From Bacteroidales bacterium (GTDB taxonomy: Bacteria; Bacteroidota; Bacteroidia; Bacteroidales; ML635J-15), in NCBI GenBank assembly GCA_003249955.1, contig QKHS01000006.1, positions 78,917 to 142,916 of the forward strand: a stretch of DNA of 64,000 nucleotides. Reading direction: 5' to 3'. The notes below the pieces were generated by a model. That model made no database searches. It was not told where the DNA came from and worked only from the letters and a program-made list of their open reading frames with translations. The translations under genes were made by a program, and so were the position numbers. The number at the start of each line of letters is the position of its first letter. Position 1 is the first letter of the stretch. Of this stretch, positions 17,850 through 27,575 are shown one piece after another.

Positions 17850-18188
17850 AGTTTTGATTTCAATTATTAATTACTCCGTTAAATACAATATTTGTTAACT
17901 TTATGTATTCAGTTACACACCAATATTATCCAGAACAAAAATAATCTAATATTTTAATTTATGAAAAATAAAATTATATGATTAAAAAAATTATATGATT
18001 AAAAAAATTACTATATCGGATAATCTTGGCCGGAACAGGAACAAAGTGTTGCAATAAAAAATATTAAAATATGTAATTCCCTCATATCTGTTGCGATTCT
18101 GTTTTTTCGCCTGATATAAAAAGCATAAATAAGTCTTATGGCAAGTGCGAAATCTACTTTATCCGTATTAGCACTTTATTGCCAGGCA

Positions 18189-18785
18189 TTATTTCATTTT
18201 CACCCCTGCCCTTATCTCACAATTCAAATCATTTTCTTCCGGCGGAATTGGACATGAATAGGAATGATTATAAGCACAATATGGATTATATGCCATATTG
18301 AAATCAATCACAATCTGATCTCCTTCAGGAATTTTTAAATCGATAAATCTTCCTCCGCCATAAGTTTCGTCTCCGTTTGTCATATCTGTGAATGGTAAAA
18401 ACAAATATGATTTATATTCTTCTTTTTCTCTAAGTGAATGACTTTGGTAAATGTTTAACCTGTACTCTTTATTATCAAGGAAAAATGTTGCAACTCCGTA
18501 TATCTCGTAAACAGGGGTTCTGTCTGTAGTAGTTTTCATTTTAAAAGGCACTGCATTTTCAATTCTTTCAAATTTTGCAACAACCCTGAATTTCTCATCA
18601 ACAGGAAAAAAAGAAAGGCTATCGAATTTCTCCAGGTCTTCCGGTGTTAACGGCGATTCGTCAGAATTTCCAAATTCTTCATTTAGTTTCTCCTGAAATT
18701 CAATTACAGATTGCTTATAATCCTGAGATAAGGCTACAAAATGATATGCAAAGAAAAGGATTAAAGTTAATATAGTTATTTTCAT
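18189..18785 (-). CDS. DUF1684 domain-containing protein
   Basis: Motifs SPLTPEDL, FFPVDEKFRV, PFTDMTNGDETYGGGRFIDL, DFNMAYNPYCAYN and YSCPIPPEEN. Confidence 0.8.
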   Translation of the reverse strand: MKITILTLILFFAYHFVALSQDYKQSVIEFQEKLNEEFGNSDESPLTPEDLEKFDSLSFFPVDEKFRVVAKFERIENAVPFKMKTTTDRTPVYEIYGVATFFLDNKEYRLNIYQSHSLREKEEYKSYLFLPFTDMTNGDETYGGGRFIDLKIPEGDQIVIDFNMAYNPYCAYNHSYSCPIPPEENDLNCEIRAGVKMK

Positions 18786-19239
18786 AATGTTTTGATTAAT
18801 TATTATCGCAATATATCAAAAATGCAATATCCCAAAAGTATGAAAAATACATGAATGATAACAAAAATGCGTTCGCTGTGATAAACTTTTTTTGCTAAGG
18901 GGCAATACAGTAATGTTGAAAATACGTATGCCTCTTCGCTTTCCGGAAATTCTTCTAAATTTATCACACATTACCAACTTTATACATTATGGAAAAGAGT
19001 CATACAATACTTACGTTGTTTCTATTCCCTCAATACACTTGCAATATCTTCTAATATTTCAGCTAATTCTTTATTGTTTAAGTGCTTCTTTAAAATACAA
19101 TGAATTCTGTTACAAATTCAACCGGAAATATTTTTGGGAGGCTATATTTAACAGGCTACTCGTAACTTGTGTAAGTTACAAAAACACATTTGGGTATGAA
19201 TACAGATAATCATATTAATTTCACACATTTAAGCAACAA

Positions 19240-21495
19240 TCACATAACTTTCCCCAAATAACGACCTGTAACAGAGTTTTTGCAATTTATAATATCTTCC
19301 GGCAGTCCCTGAAAAATCAATTCACCGCCATTCTTCCCTCCTTCCGGCCCCAAATCAATAATCCAGTCGGCATACCTTATTATGTCAAGATTGTGTTCGA
19401 TTATTACAACCGTGTTATTTTTATCAACAAGAGAGCGGACTATCCCGTAAAAGTTGTCAATATCCGACATGTGCAGACCTGTTGTCGGCTCATCCATTAT
19501 ATATATGTTGCTTTCTTTGTTCAACTCGGTTGCTATTTTTAAACGTTGTGCCTCCCCACCCGAAAGTGAGCTTAAAGACTGCCCCAGCTTAAGGTATCCC
19601 AACCCTACTTTCTGCAGAATCTGCAAGTGCGATTTGAGTTTCGGCGATTTAAAGAATTCATTGGCCTGATTCACCGTCATATCAAGTACTCCGGCAATAT
19701 TACTGCCATTATATTTAAGTTCCAGAACATCAGGACGGTAACGTTTTCCTTCACACTCGTCGCAAACGGTTTTAACCGAATCAAGAAAATGTAATTCAAA
19801 CGAAAGTGTTCCCTGACCGTTACATTTAGGACAGGCTCCTTTAGAGTTAAAACTGAAAAGTGACGCGTTTGTATTGGTTACCTCTGCAAATTCTTTACGG
19901 ATTAAGTCAAACACACCGATAAAAGTAGCCGCGTTTGCTCTTGACGACTTCCCGACCGGTGACTGATCAATAACAATTGCTTCGGGATGCTGCTTTGCAA
20001 AACATTCGTGTATCAGACTGCTTTTCCCGCTTCCGGCCACACCTGTAACGCATGTCAGTACTCCTTTGGGAATTTTTACCGAAACATTTTTCAGATTGTT
20101 GGCTTGTGCATTTTTTATCTCAAAAAAGTCATTTGCTTTTTTCCTGCGGTATTCCGGCTTTTCTTTCCGGTACAGATATTCTCCTGTAACGCTTTCAACA
20201 GACAAAAGTCCTGCAGGTTCGCCGTTATATACCACATTCCCTCCGAACTTTCCTGCTTTGGGGCCCATATCGACAATCCATTCTGCTGCCTTAATAATAT
20301 CAGGATCATGCTCTACCACAAATACAGAGTTTCCCTTTTCTTTCAGCCTGAACAAAATATTCATCAGATTTTCCGTATCGCGTGGATGCAAACCTATGGA
20401 AGGTTCATCCAGCACGTAAAGCATATCTGTCAGATTGCAGTCCAGTTGTTTCGACATTTTTACCCTTTGTGCTTCTCCGCCGGAAAGTGTTCCTGTAGCA
20501 CGATCGGGCGACAAATACCCTACCCCTGTTTCAATAAGTTGCTGCAAAAGAAACTGAGCCTTCCTGATAATCGGAGTGGATATTTCATCTTTAATATTCT
20601 GCAAAAACTGTAACACATCAACAGATTCCATACGACAGACATCTGCAATTGTAAACCCGTTTATTGTTACACTTCTTGCTCTTTCGTTAAGACGGGTTCC
20701 GTTGCAATGCGAACACGTCTGATAAACAAAATATTTAGTGTAAGCATTTTTATCTTCTTCTCCTGTTTCGTCGTCGGCTCTGGCAGTTACCGATTTTTCA
20801 AGTTTACGGGCAATGCCTTCAAAGTTCCGGTTATAGGACAGTTTTTCCTTTGCCCCTTTTACCGCAAAAGGTTCGGAATAAAGCAACAAATCCGATTCCT
20901 GAGCAGAAAAATCTTTCAAAGGTTTATCGGCATCAACAACACCAAGGCTTATAAGTTCTTTCCACAGAAAACCACCCGGTTTATAATGCGAATGCGTAAT
21001 TGCTCCTTCACGTATAGATTTTTCCCTGTCAAGGAACAGATCAATGTCAATTTTAACCTGTTTTCCCAGACCGTTACAATGCGGACACATTCCTTCGGGA
21101 TGATTAAACGAGAAATAAAACGACGGCCCGATAAACGGTACTCCAACCCTGGAATAAAGCAAACGCAGGTATGTGTTTATTTCTGTGGCAGTCCCGACAG
21201 TACTTCTCAAATTATTTCCCATTCTTTTCTGGTCAATTACAATTGCTGTCGAAAGATTGAGAATGTCATCAACATCGGGACGTGATAACTTCGGCATACG
21301 TGTACGGGCAAAAGTTGAAAATGTCTCTATCAACTGCCTCCTTGCTTCTGTATAAACGGTATCGAAAAGCAGTGATGACTTACCGGAGCCTGAAACACCG
21401 GTAAATACAACCAGCTTATGTTTGGGGATTTCAACGTCAATATTTTTAAGGTTATTGGCATGAGCATTTTTGACAATTATTTTATCTCTTTCCAT
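19240..21495 (-). CDS. Short UvrA paralog (UvrA2/DrrC-like ABC ATPase, 751 aa)
   Basis: Two Walker A loops ([18 protein letters not shown]) and two LSGGEAQR signatures. Zinc modules [16 protein letters not shown] and CPKCNGQG...CDECEGKRY. It is about 190 aa shorter than canonical UvrA. Confidence 0.85.
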   Translation of the reverse strand: MERDKIIVKNAHANNLKNIDVEIPKHKLVVFTGVSGSGKSSLLFDTVYTEARRQLIETFSTFARTRMPKLSRPDVDDILNLSTAIVIDQKRMGNNLRSTVGTATEINTYLRLLYSRVGVPFIGPSFYFSFNHPEGMCPHCNGLGKQVKIDIDLFLDREKSIREGAITHSHYKPGGFLWKELISLGVVDADKPLKDFSAQESDLLLYSEPFAVKGAKEKLSYNRNFEGIARKLEKSVTARADDETGEEDKNAYTKYFVYQTCSHCNGTRLNERARSVTINGFTIADVCRMESVDVLQFLQNIKDEISTPIIRKAQFLLQQLIETGVGYLSPDRATGTLSGGEAQRVKMSKQLDCNLTDMLYVLDEPSIGLHPRDTENLMNILFRLKEKGNSVFVVEHDPDIIKAAEWIVDMGPKAGKFGGNVVYNGEPAGLLSVESVTGEYLYRKEKPEYRRKKANDFFEIKNAQANNLKNVSVKIPKGVLTCVTGVAGSGKSSLIHECFAKQHPEAIVIDQSPVGKSSRANAATFIGVFDLIRKEFAEVTNTNASLFSFNSKGACPKCNGQGTLSFELHFLDSVKTVCDECEGKRYRPDVLELKYNGSNIAGVLDMTVNQANEFFKSPKLKSHLQILQKVGLGYLKLGQSLSSLSGGEAQRLKIATELNKESNIYIMDEPTTGLHMSDIDNFYGIVRSLVDKNNTVVIIEHNLDIIRYADWIIDLGPEGGKNGGELIFQGLPEDIINCKNSVTGRYLGKVM

Positions 21496-21499
21496 AATT

Positions 21500-22276
21500 T
21501 TAAATTTTTATTCTTTTTGCACTTGATAATGCGAAAGCAACAGAAAGAACCGAAGTTAATACAAAAATAATCAAAGCAATAATAAAAAACTGTGGTGATG
21601 ATGTTCCTGCAAGCAGATATCTGTTTCCTTCAAGTATATATGTTACAGGATTTCCCCACGAAACAGCCAGTAGCCAGCCGGATTTTATTAATTCACGCGG
21701 AAGAAATGTGGTACTTAAAAAAAGTAAAGGAAAAACAGCATTTGTTATAATGGCAGCACTCTGATACTTGCCGGTACGTAGCATTACGCCGGCAGAAAAG
21801 CCACAAAGTGTTAGTGACCACAAAAATGACAATAACAAAATTCCGAGTACCGAAACAAACCCGAACTGAAAACTGACACCAAATAATGCTCCTATAGCAA
21901 TAAGTAGAACTGTAAAAAACAAAGAAGAAACAGTATCTGCCAGTATCGGTGATATAACCAAAATCCATCGCGGAGCCGGACTAAGATACAACCTTTTGAA
22001 ATAACCTGACTGCATATCGGCATTAAGAGTCTGCCCTGCTCCGGACGACGATCCCATTGCCAGCGAAATTATTGTTATCGGGAAAACAAATGACAGGTAG
22101 CCTCCGGTACCGAAAGCTTCCATATCTCCAATCCCTCCTATTCCTGCATTATAAACCAACAGGAAAAATAAACTCATCCCAAATCCTGTTAAGGGAGCCG
22201 AAGGTTGTTTAAGCAACTTAACGATTCCACGCTTAATTAAAATAACACTTGCTGAATTCATATTATGCCTCCTCAT
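21500..22276 (-). CDS. ABC-2 type exporter permease
   Basis: Six predicted hydrophobic helices, about 258 aa. It overlaps the upstream ATPase gene by 14 nt and ends 4 nt before the UvrA-paralog start. Confidence 0.7.
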   Translation of the reverse strand: MRRHNMNSASVILIKRGIVKLLKQPSAPLTGFGMSLFFLLVYNAGIGGIGDMEAFGTGGYLSFVFPITIISLAMGSSSGAGQTLNADMQSGYFKRLYLSPAPRWILVISPILADTVSSLFFTVLLIAIGALFGVSFQFGFVSVLGILLLSFLWSLTLCGFSAGVMLRTGKYQSAAIITNAVFPLLFLSTTFLPRELIKSGWLLAVSWGNPVTYILEGNRYLLAGTSSPQFFIIALIIFVLTSVLSVAFALSSAKRIKI

Positions 22277-23042
22277 ATTTTTTTGTTAACTCATTATTAT
22301 TCAATGTCTTTATGTAGTGTAAATAACTTTCGTCCAGAGTCATATTATTTCCGGGTGCCACCATATTCTTAAACTCGCTTATGGTTCCCGAATAACGGAT
22401 TTCCCCGTTCAGAATCAAAGCCATTTCTGTTGCATAGCGGTCTGCCTCATCCAGATATTGGGTTGTAAGAAAAACCGTGGTTCCTTTATCCCTTTTTAAC
22501 CTGGAGATGATTTCCCAGAAGTTTGCTCTTGCCTCAGGGTCCATGCCCACAGTAGGCTCATCGAGAAACAGTATTTTGGGATTATGAACAAGTGCCAGAG
22601 CACAATGCAAACGTCTTTTATTTCCACCCGAGAGTATCCCGGCCTTTTTATTCTTTTCACTATCAAGTTGAAACATTCCGGTTAATTCCCTGGCTCTGCC
22701 GGCAGCCTGAGACTTTGTCATTCCAAACAACCTGCCCTGAAAAACCAAAGTATTTTCAACCGTTTCGGACGGGTCAATTTCATTTTCCTGCGAGGCAACT
22801 CCTATTGTCCCCTGAATTTTCGAGAAGTCAGATTCAGGATTAAATCCGTCAATAAAAAATTCGCCTGAGTCTTTGCGGATAAGTGTTGTTAAAATTCTGA
22901 CCAAAGTTGATTTTCCCGCGCCATTGGGCCCGAGCAATGCAAAAAACCGGGACTTGCCGATTTCAAGATTTATACCTTTCAATGCTTCTGTGCCATCCGG
23001 ATACTTTTTAAAAAGCTGCTTAATCTGAATTTCTGCTTCCAT
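22263..23042 (-). CDS. ABC transporter ATP-binding protein (DrrA/ABC-2 subfamily-like)
   Basis: Walker A GPNGAGKST, signature LSGGNKRRL and Walker B ILFLDEPTVGMD. Confidence 0.9.
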   Translation of the reverse strand: MEAEIQIKQLFKKYPDGTEALKGINLEIGKSRFFALLGPNGAGKSTLVRILTTLIRKDSGEFFIDGFNPESDFSKIQGTIGVASQENEIDPSETVENTLVFQGRLFGMTKSQAAGRARELTGMFQLDSEKNKKAGILSGGNKRRLHCALALVHNPKILFLDEPTVGMDPEARANFWEIISRLKRDKGTTVFLTTQYLDEADRYATEMALILNGEIRYSGTISEFKNMVAPGNNMTLDESYLHYIKTLNNNELTKKYEEA

Positions 23043-23119
23043 ATTATAATTTTTAAAATATGCAGCAAAAGTATTCCGCTATGACAGCAATAAATTGTAA
23101 AAAACAGACAAAATGATTA

Positions 23120-23935
23120 CTAACAGCTCTCTGAATTCACGTTATAATCAGGATATTTATCAATAAATGCTTTGGGTGTGTATCCCGTAAATGCTTTAAA
23201 ATCTTTTATAAAATGTGCCTGATCAAAATAGCCGTTCATATAAGCATGTTCGGTTAACCTGACATCCTTATAATTGCTTAAATTTAAAAGTATCTCCTGA
23301 AATCTTACCAGTCTTATAAATTGCTTTGGCGTTTTTCCCAGATATGCAGAAAATTTACGTTCCAGGCTCTTTGGTGTTACAGGGATTATCCCGGATAATG
23401 CCGAAGCTGCAATCTGCCCTTTTCTTTGTTTAATTATCCTGATTCCCTCCTGCAAGAGATTATAATCGGAAACTGATACCGGCTTAAAACGTTTCAGCAA
23501 AAAATCTTCAATAATTCTGACCTTCCCGCTCAATGACTCTTCAAAGTACAACAATTCTTCAATGCGACTAACTTCAAACCGGAAAACATCGGCAAGATCA
23601 ACACTTTGATTTTCAATATGATATAAGGGAAAATCAAAAAAGTTACATGCGCCAGCCGGATAAAACTGAATAAACACCACCCCGGCCTCCCCGTGTGTAG
23701 ATACATCTGAAAAAGAACTGCTTAACCCGCTAAGAACCGAACGTGGCTGTTTAACAAAATTATTGCCCGGCAAACTAACAACAAACGGATTTCTGTAATG
23801 AAACATCAACTGAACTCCCCCGACCGGAATTACCCTTTCTGTAACGTTACCTTCACAAGCCGAAGATTCCATAAAGCAGTATTGCTTTACATAATTTTTT
23901 AAGATTCCGGCAGGTTTTATTATCTGAAAGTACAT
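23120..23935 (-). CDS. AraC-family transcriptional regulator
   Basis: C-terminal HTH region (…TPKQFIRLVRFQE…HAYMNGYFDQAHFIKDFKAFTGYTPKAF). It is co-oriented with the ABC genes, 77 nt upstream. Confidence 0.8.
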   Translation of the reverse strand: MYFQIIKPAGILKNYVKQYCFMESSACEGNVTERVIPVGGVQLMFHYRNPFVVSLPGNNFVKQPRSVLSGLSSSFSDVSTHGEAGVVFIQFYPAGACNFFDFPLYHIENQSVDLADVFRFEVSRIEELLYFEESLSGKVRIIEDFLLKRFKPVSVSDYNLLQEGIRIIKQRKGQIAASALSGIIPVTPKSLERKFSAYLGKTPKQFIRLVRFQEILLNLSNYKDVRLTEHAYMNGYFDQAHFIKDFKAFTGYTPKAFIDKYPDYNVNSESC

Positions 23936-24044
23936 TATAGAATTTTTTACAAAAATAATCCAATGTTGTTCAGTTAAGAACAGGTATTAAAATATTATTA
24001 AATATTTTTTCCGGAATTATTCCATACACGACAAAAATTACTGC

Positions 24045-24400
24045 ATGATAATTATGTTCCGTCCCTACGGGACTCTGGTTATAGGTTCTGGCATTATAGT
24101 ACACGGACTGAAGTCCGTATTTTCTATGTTACGAGCCGATGGCTCTCGTTGTGCAATTGGTTCTTGCTATGCAATTCCGGAACAAGACTTAGTCCAGTAC
24201 GGACGAAGCATAGTAAATACGGACTTCACTCCGCAGATGATGAGCTATGATCGTCGTAGTCCTGTAGAATGCTTTTGCTCGGAATTAGTCCGGTACGGAC
24301 GAAACATAGTGAATGCGGACTTCAGTCCGCTCATTATGCGCTATGATCGCCTGAGTCCTGTAAGGACGGGACATAGAAAATGTAGCAATCCCGTATGAGA
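24045..24400. repeat. Array of GC-rich hairpin words with two 78-nt direct repeat units
   Basis: Units 24189-24266 and 24285-24362 (96-nt period) are roughly 80% identical by eye. Embedded palindromes include acggactgaagtccgt, gcggacttcagtccgc, gtccctacgggac and gagccgatggctc. Confidence 0.8.
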
Positions 24401-24720
24401 TTTAGTTTTAAATGGAAGCAGATACATTTCAGGCACAACATGAGCAGCTAAAATCATTTTTCCCCCGGCTGGTTAAACTATGATCAAGCAATATTTCTGG
24501 GGAGTTACACAAATACAAGAATAAAAATATTTCATTTAAAAATAAGCACTAAAATATTTTTTATTTGTCTTTTTCTTTTGTCATTGCCACAACTGAACCG
24601 CTTTTGGCGGTGAACTCGTGAACACCATTAAAAATAATTATTTAATGTGAACAAAAGAAACAAAAAGGCTAGGAACCGAAGCTCACGAGCCTGCGAGTAA
24701 AAACAAAGCTTCTCCCCGCC

Positions 24721-24750
24721 ATAAAAAAAGAGTCCCGCAAGCGGAACTCT
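24721..24750 (-). terminator. Rho-independent terminator of tnaA
   Basis: On the minus strand, agagttccgcttgcgggactct is followed by a T-run, about 30 nt after the tnaA stop. Confidence 0.65.
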
Positions 24751-24777
24751 TTCGTAATAATTATGTCAGAAAAAATC

Positions 24778-26154
24778 TTATGCTTTCTTTAACTCAACAG
24801 TAAAATGTCTCATTATCGGAGCTTCCCAGGTAATTTCGACGCCGCTTGTAATTTCATGACGACGGTCAAATACATTCTTCAGAGCTGCAGCAATATAATC
24901 CATGTGATTATTTGTGTAAACACGGCGAGGTATTGCAAGTCGTAATAATTCGAGTTTCGGGTAACGGTTTTCACGGGTAACCGGATCTCGGTCAGCCAGT
25001 ATTGCACCTATTTCAACCCCACGGATTCCACCTTCGACATAAAGTTCTACTCCCAAAGTCTGGGCACGGAACTGCTCTTTAGGAACATTAGGCAAAATCT
25101 TGTTTGCATCCACAAAAATAGCATGTCCGCCAATAGGGTACTGAATCGGAACTCCGTATTCAATAAGTTTGTTTCCCAGATACTCAATTTGTTTAATTCT
25201 GGTTTCGAGATAATCGAACTCGGTACTTTCATCAAGACCTACAGCCAATGCTGCCATATCACGTCCGGCCATTCCTCCGTAAGTGACATATCCCTCGAAC
25301 ATAATATTGAAAGTGCAGGCCTGACGATAAATCTCCTCGCTTCTCAAAGCTATAAATCCACCGATGTTTACCAATCCGTCTTTCTTTGAACTCATAGTTG
25401 CCATATCGGCATATTTGTACATTTCCCGTACAATTTCTTTAATTGTCCAATCCTTGTAAGCTTCTTCGCGCATTTTTACAAAGTACGCATTCTCTGCAAA
25501 ACGGGCTGAGTCGAAAAGTACAGGAATTCCGTATTTCTGGCTTAATTCATAAACTGCTTTAAGGTTTGCAATAGAAACAGGCTGTCCTCCCGAAGAATTA
25601 CAGGTAACGGTTACAACACAACAAGGAATCTGTTCTTTTGGATATTCGCTGTAAACTCTTTCCAGTTTAACCAAATCGATGTTCCCTTTAAACGGATGAT
25701 CCAGAGTTGTATCAAAAGCCTCATCAATTGTACAATCAACAGCTTTTGCTTTTCTGAATTCGATATGTCCTTTTGTTGTGTCAAAATGTGAGTTTCCCGG
25801 GACAATATTTCCTTCTTTTACCAAAACAGAGAAAAGCACATTTTCGGCAGCGCGCCCCTGATGTGTAGGGAGAAAATGCTCAAATCCCATCAATTCTTTA
25901 ACTCTGTTTTTTAACTCGAAGAAACTACGTGCTCCTGCATAAGACTCATCACCTGTCATAATTGCAGCCCACTGGCGGTCGCTCATAGCACCGGTTCCGC
26001 TATCGGTAAGCAGGTCGATAAAAACCTTGTCGCTGCTTAATTTAAATAAATTATACTTTGCCTCTTCAATCCAGGCTGCTCTTTCTTCTCTTGTGCTGCG
26101 TTTAAGCGGCTCTATCATTTTAATTTTATACGATTCTGAAAATGGTAATTCCAT
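24778..26154 (-). CDS. tnaA: Tryptophanase (beta-eliminating PLP lyase family)
   Basis: Motifs IDLLTDSGTGAMSDRQWAA, PTHQGRAAE, FDSARFAENAYFVKMREEAYKDWTIKEIVREMYKYADMATMSSKKD (PLP lysine region) and LRLAIPRRVYT. It is closer to TnaA than to tyrosine phenol-lyase by remembered alignment. Confidence 0.8.
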   Translation of the reverse strand: MELPFSESYKIKMIEPLKRSTREERAAWIEEAKYNLFKLSSDKVFIDLLTDSGTGAMSDRQWAAIMTGDESYAGARSFFELKNRVKELMGFEHFLPTHQGRAAENVLFSVLVKEGNIVPGNSHFDTTKGHIEFRKAKAVDCTIDEAFDTTLDHPFKGNIDLVKLERVYSEYPKEQIPCCVVTVTCNSSGGQPVSIANLKAVYELSQKYGIPVLFDSARFAENAYFVKMREEAYKDWTIKEIVREMYKYADMATMSSKKDGLVNIGGFIALRSEEIYRQACTFNIMFEGYVTYGGMAGRDMAALAVGLDESTEFDYLETRIKQIEYLGNKLIEYGVPIQYPIGGHAIFVDANKILPNVPKEQFRAQTLGVELYVEGGIRGVEIGAILADRDPVTRENRYPKLELLRLAIPRRVYTNNHMDYIAAALKNVFDRRHEITSGVEITWEAPIMRHFTVELKKA

Positions 26155-26703
26155 AATAATTTAATTTTAATAACTTTTTAATAAATAATTTGATTGTAAG
26201 GCTAATAAGCCAAAAGGATGAATGGAATTAATTCAAAAAAGAATCGCGTTCCTTAATGTTAAGGTAAACAAAATTCGCAAGTATCGATATTATTTTCAAT
26301 CCTGACATTTCCTGCCACTTTTTTATCATTTACAAAAATAGCCATTAATTTGAATTGGCAATAAAACCACGCCCTTTTTTTTGATTTATTGCTCTCAAAC
26401 ATAAAATATAAACAGCATCGTCTCCTCACACTGTTTTTACATAAAATACAGCCATTAAAACAACAGTATAATAAAGGTATTTACCCAGATGATTTGTCTG
26501 AAAAGGAATATTAAAATGTAAATGCAAAAACATATTCTCCCAAAACTTCTGACTTCTCGTTACATCCATCCTTCGGACTTTCATCTTCAACATAAATACT
26601 TAAAATAATAATTCAAAAGCATGATTTTTTTCCATTATTGTACCAAAATAAGTAATAACTTTGCACAAAATATTTTATATTTGATTAAGAGATTTAACCA
26701 ACC

Positions 26704-27288
26704 ATGAAAGTTCTGATTTATTTAATAATTTCGTTGACAATACTTAGTTGTATTAATCCCGGCACAAAAAAAGACACCGGAGGATTAAAAGAGAATGATG
26801 AGACTTCGTCCGGCAATAAGGTTAATGTTGGCGATTCGGGGAATATATCACATGACACAATTCAGGTTATTGACGAATACTTTAATGACCCTGTAGTAAA
26901 AAGCTATTCAAGCGAATCTGACACACTTGTAATTTCAGAAGATTGTGTAATATTTCTGTGGCCTGACAGTCTTGAAGTAGAGGAATTAAAAATAAAATAT
27001 CCTGACGATTATCTCGAAATTCTTGACGATATGATTTATTATGCTTCTGATGCTGCCATGGCACTGGATGCTGTAAATATTAAGAATTTCTTTTGCGACA
27101 AGTCGGTACTTTTGTTCACAGGATCACAAAAGAATATTTTCCTTAAAAGGAAAAAGGTTGAAGGGAATATGATTTTATTCAAAAAAGGAGAAAAGCCATT
27201 CATCTCTTATGCTATAGATTTTGACATTGATATCTGTACAAAGTTTTTTGCTCCTGAGATGACGGACAGTATCAAATCAGAGTTCTGA
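26704..27288 (+). CDS. Hypothetical lipoprotein
   Basis: Lipobox LTILSC. No family motif recognised. Confidence 0.45.
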   Translation: MKVLIYLIISLTILSCINPGTKKDTGGLKENDETSSGNKVNVGDSGNISHDTIQVIDEYFNDPVVKSYSSESDTLVISEDCVIFLWPDSLEVEELKIKYPDDYLEILDDMIYYASDAAMALDAVNIKNFFCDKSVLLFTGSQKNIFLKRKKVEGNMILFKKGEKPFISYAIDFDIDICTKFFAPEMTDSIKSEF

Positions 27289-27575
27289 CATTCGGCTTCG
27301 CCGGAACACAGCATCTCATCCGGGATTTTGGATTTCTTTCAGATTATTTGCTTAGGTCCCTGGTATAATTTTGTAATCTGTAATCAGTGGGTTTTGCATA
27401 CTCGCTTCCGCTTATTGGAATTTAACTTTTGTAAAATAAAGCAGAACCTCAGGTTTACTACAATTTACAGATTACATCCGCCGCCACGGAACAATAACAG
27501 AATTATAGTTTTAACATAACACCTAAATAATTACCAATTTTTCACTAATTTTACATTGTAAATAACCTGAGAATT

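Noticed and set aside
18892-19209. Tracked 105-aa ORF in the 450-nt gap between the DUF1684 gene and the UvrA paralog. Short minus-strand frames there read …EALKQ / ELAEILEDIASVLRE and hint at a decayed toxin-antitoxin-like gene.
   Set aside because: The + strand ORF has no motifs and an implausible composition. The minus-strand fragments are too short and too broken by stops to assign, so they are noted only as a possible remnant.
19987-21285. Antisense ORFs of 117-208 aa inside the UvrA-paralog gene.
   Set aside because: The opposite strand encodes a full-length protein with unmistakable ABC and zinc-finger motifs. The antisense products are Phe/Cys/Arg-rich nonsense.
24045-24398. Tracked 117-aa ORF on the + strand.
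   Set aside because: It lies entirely within the hairpin-word repeat array. Its 'protein' merely reflects the 96-nt DNA periodicity (…SPVECF…/…SPVRTG…). No start context or family motif is present.
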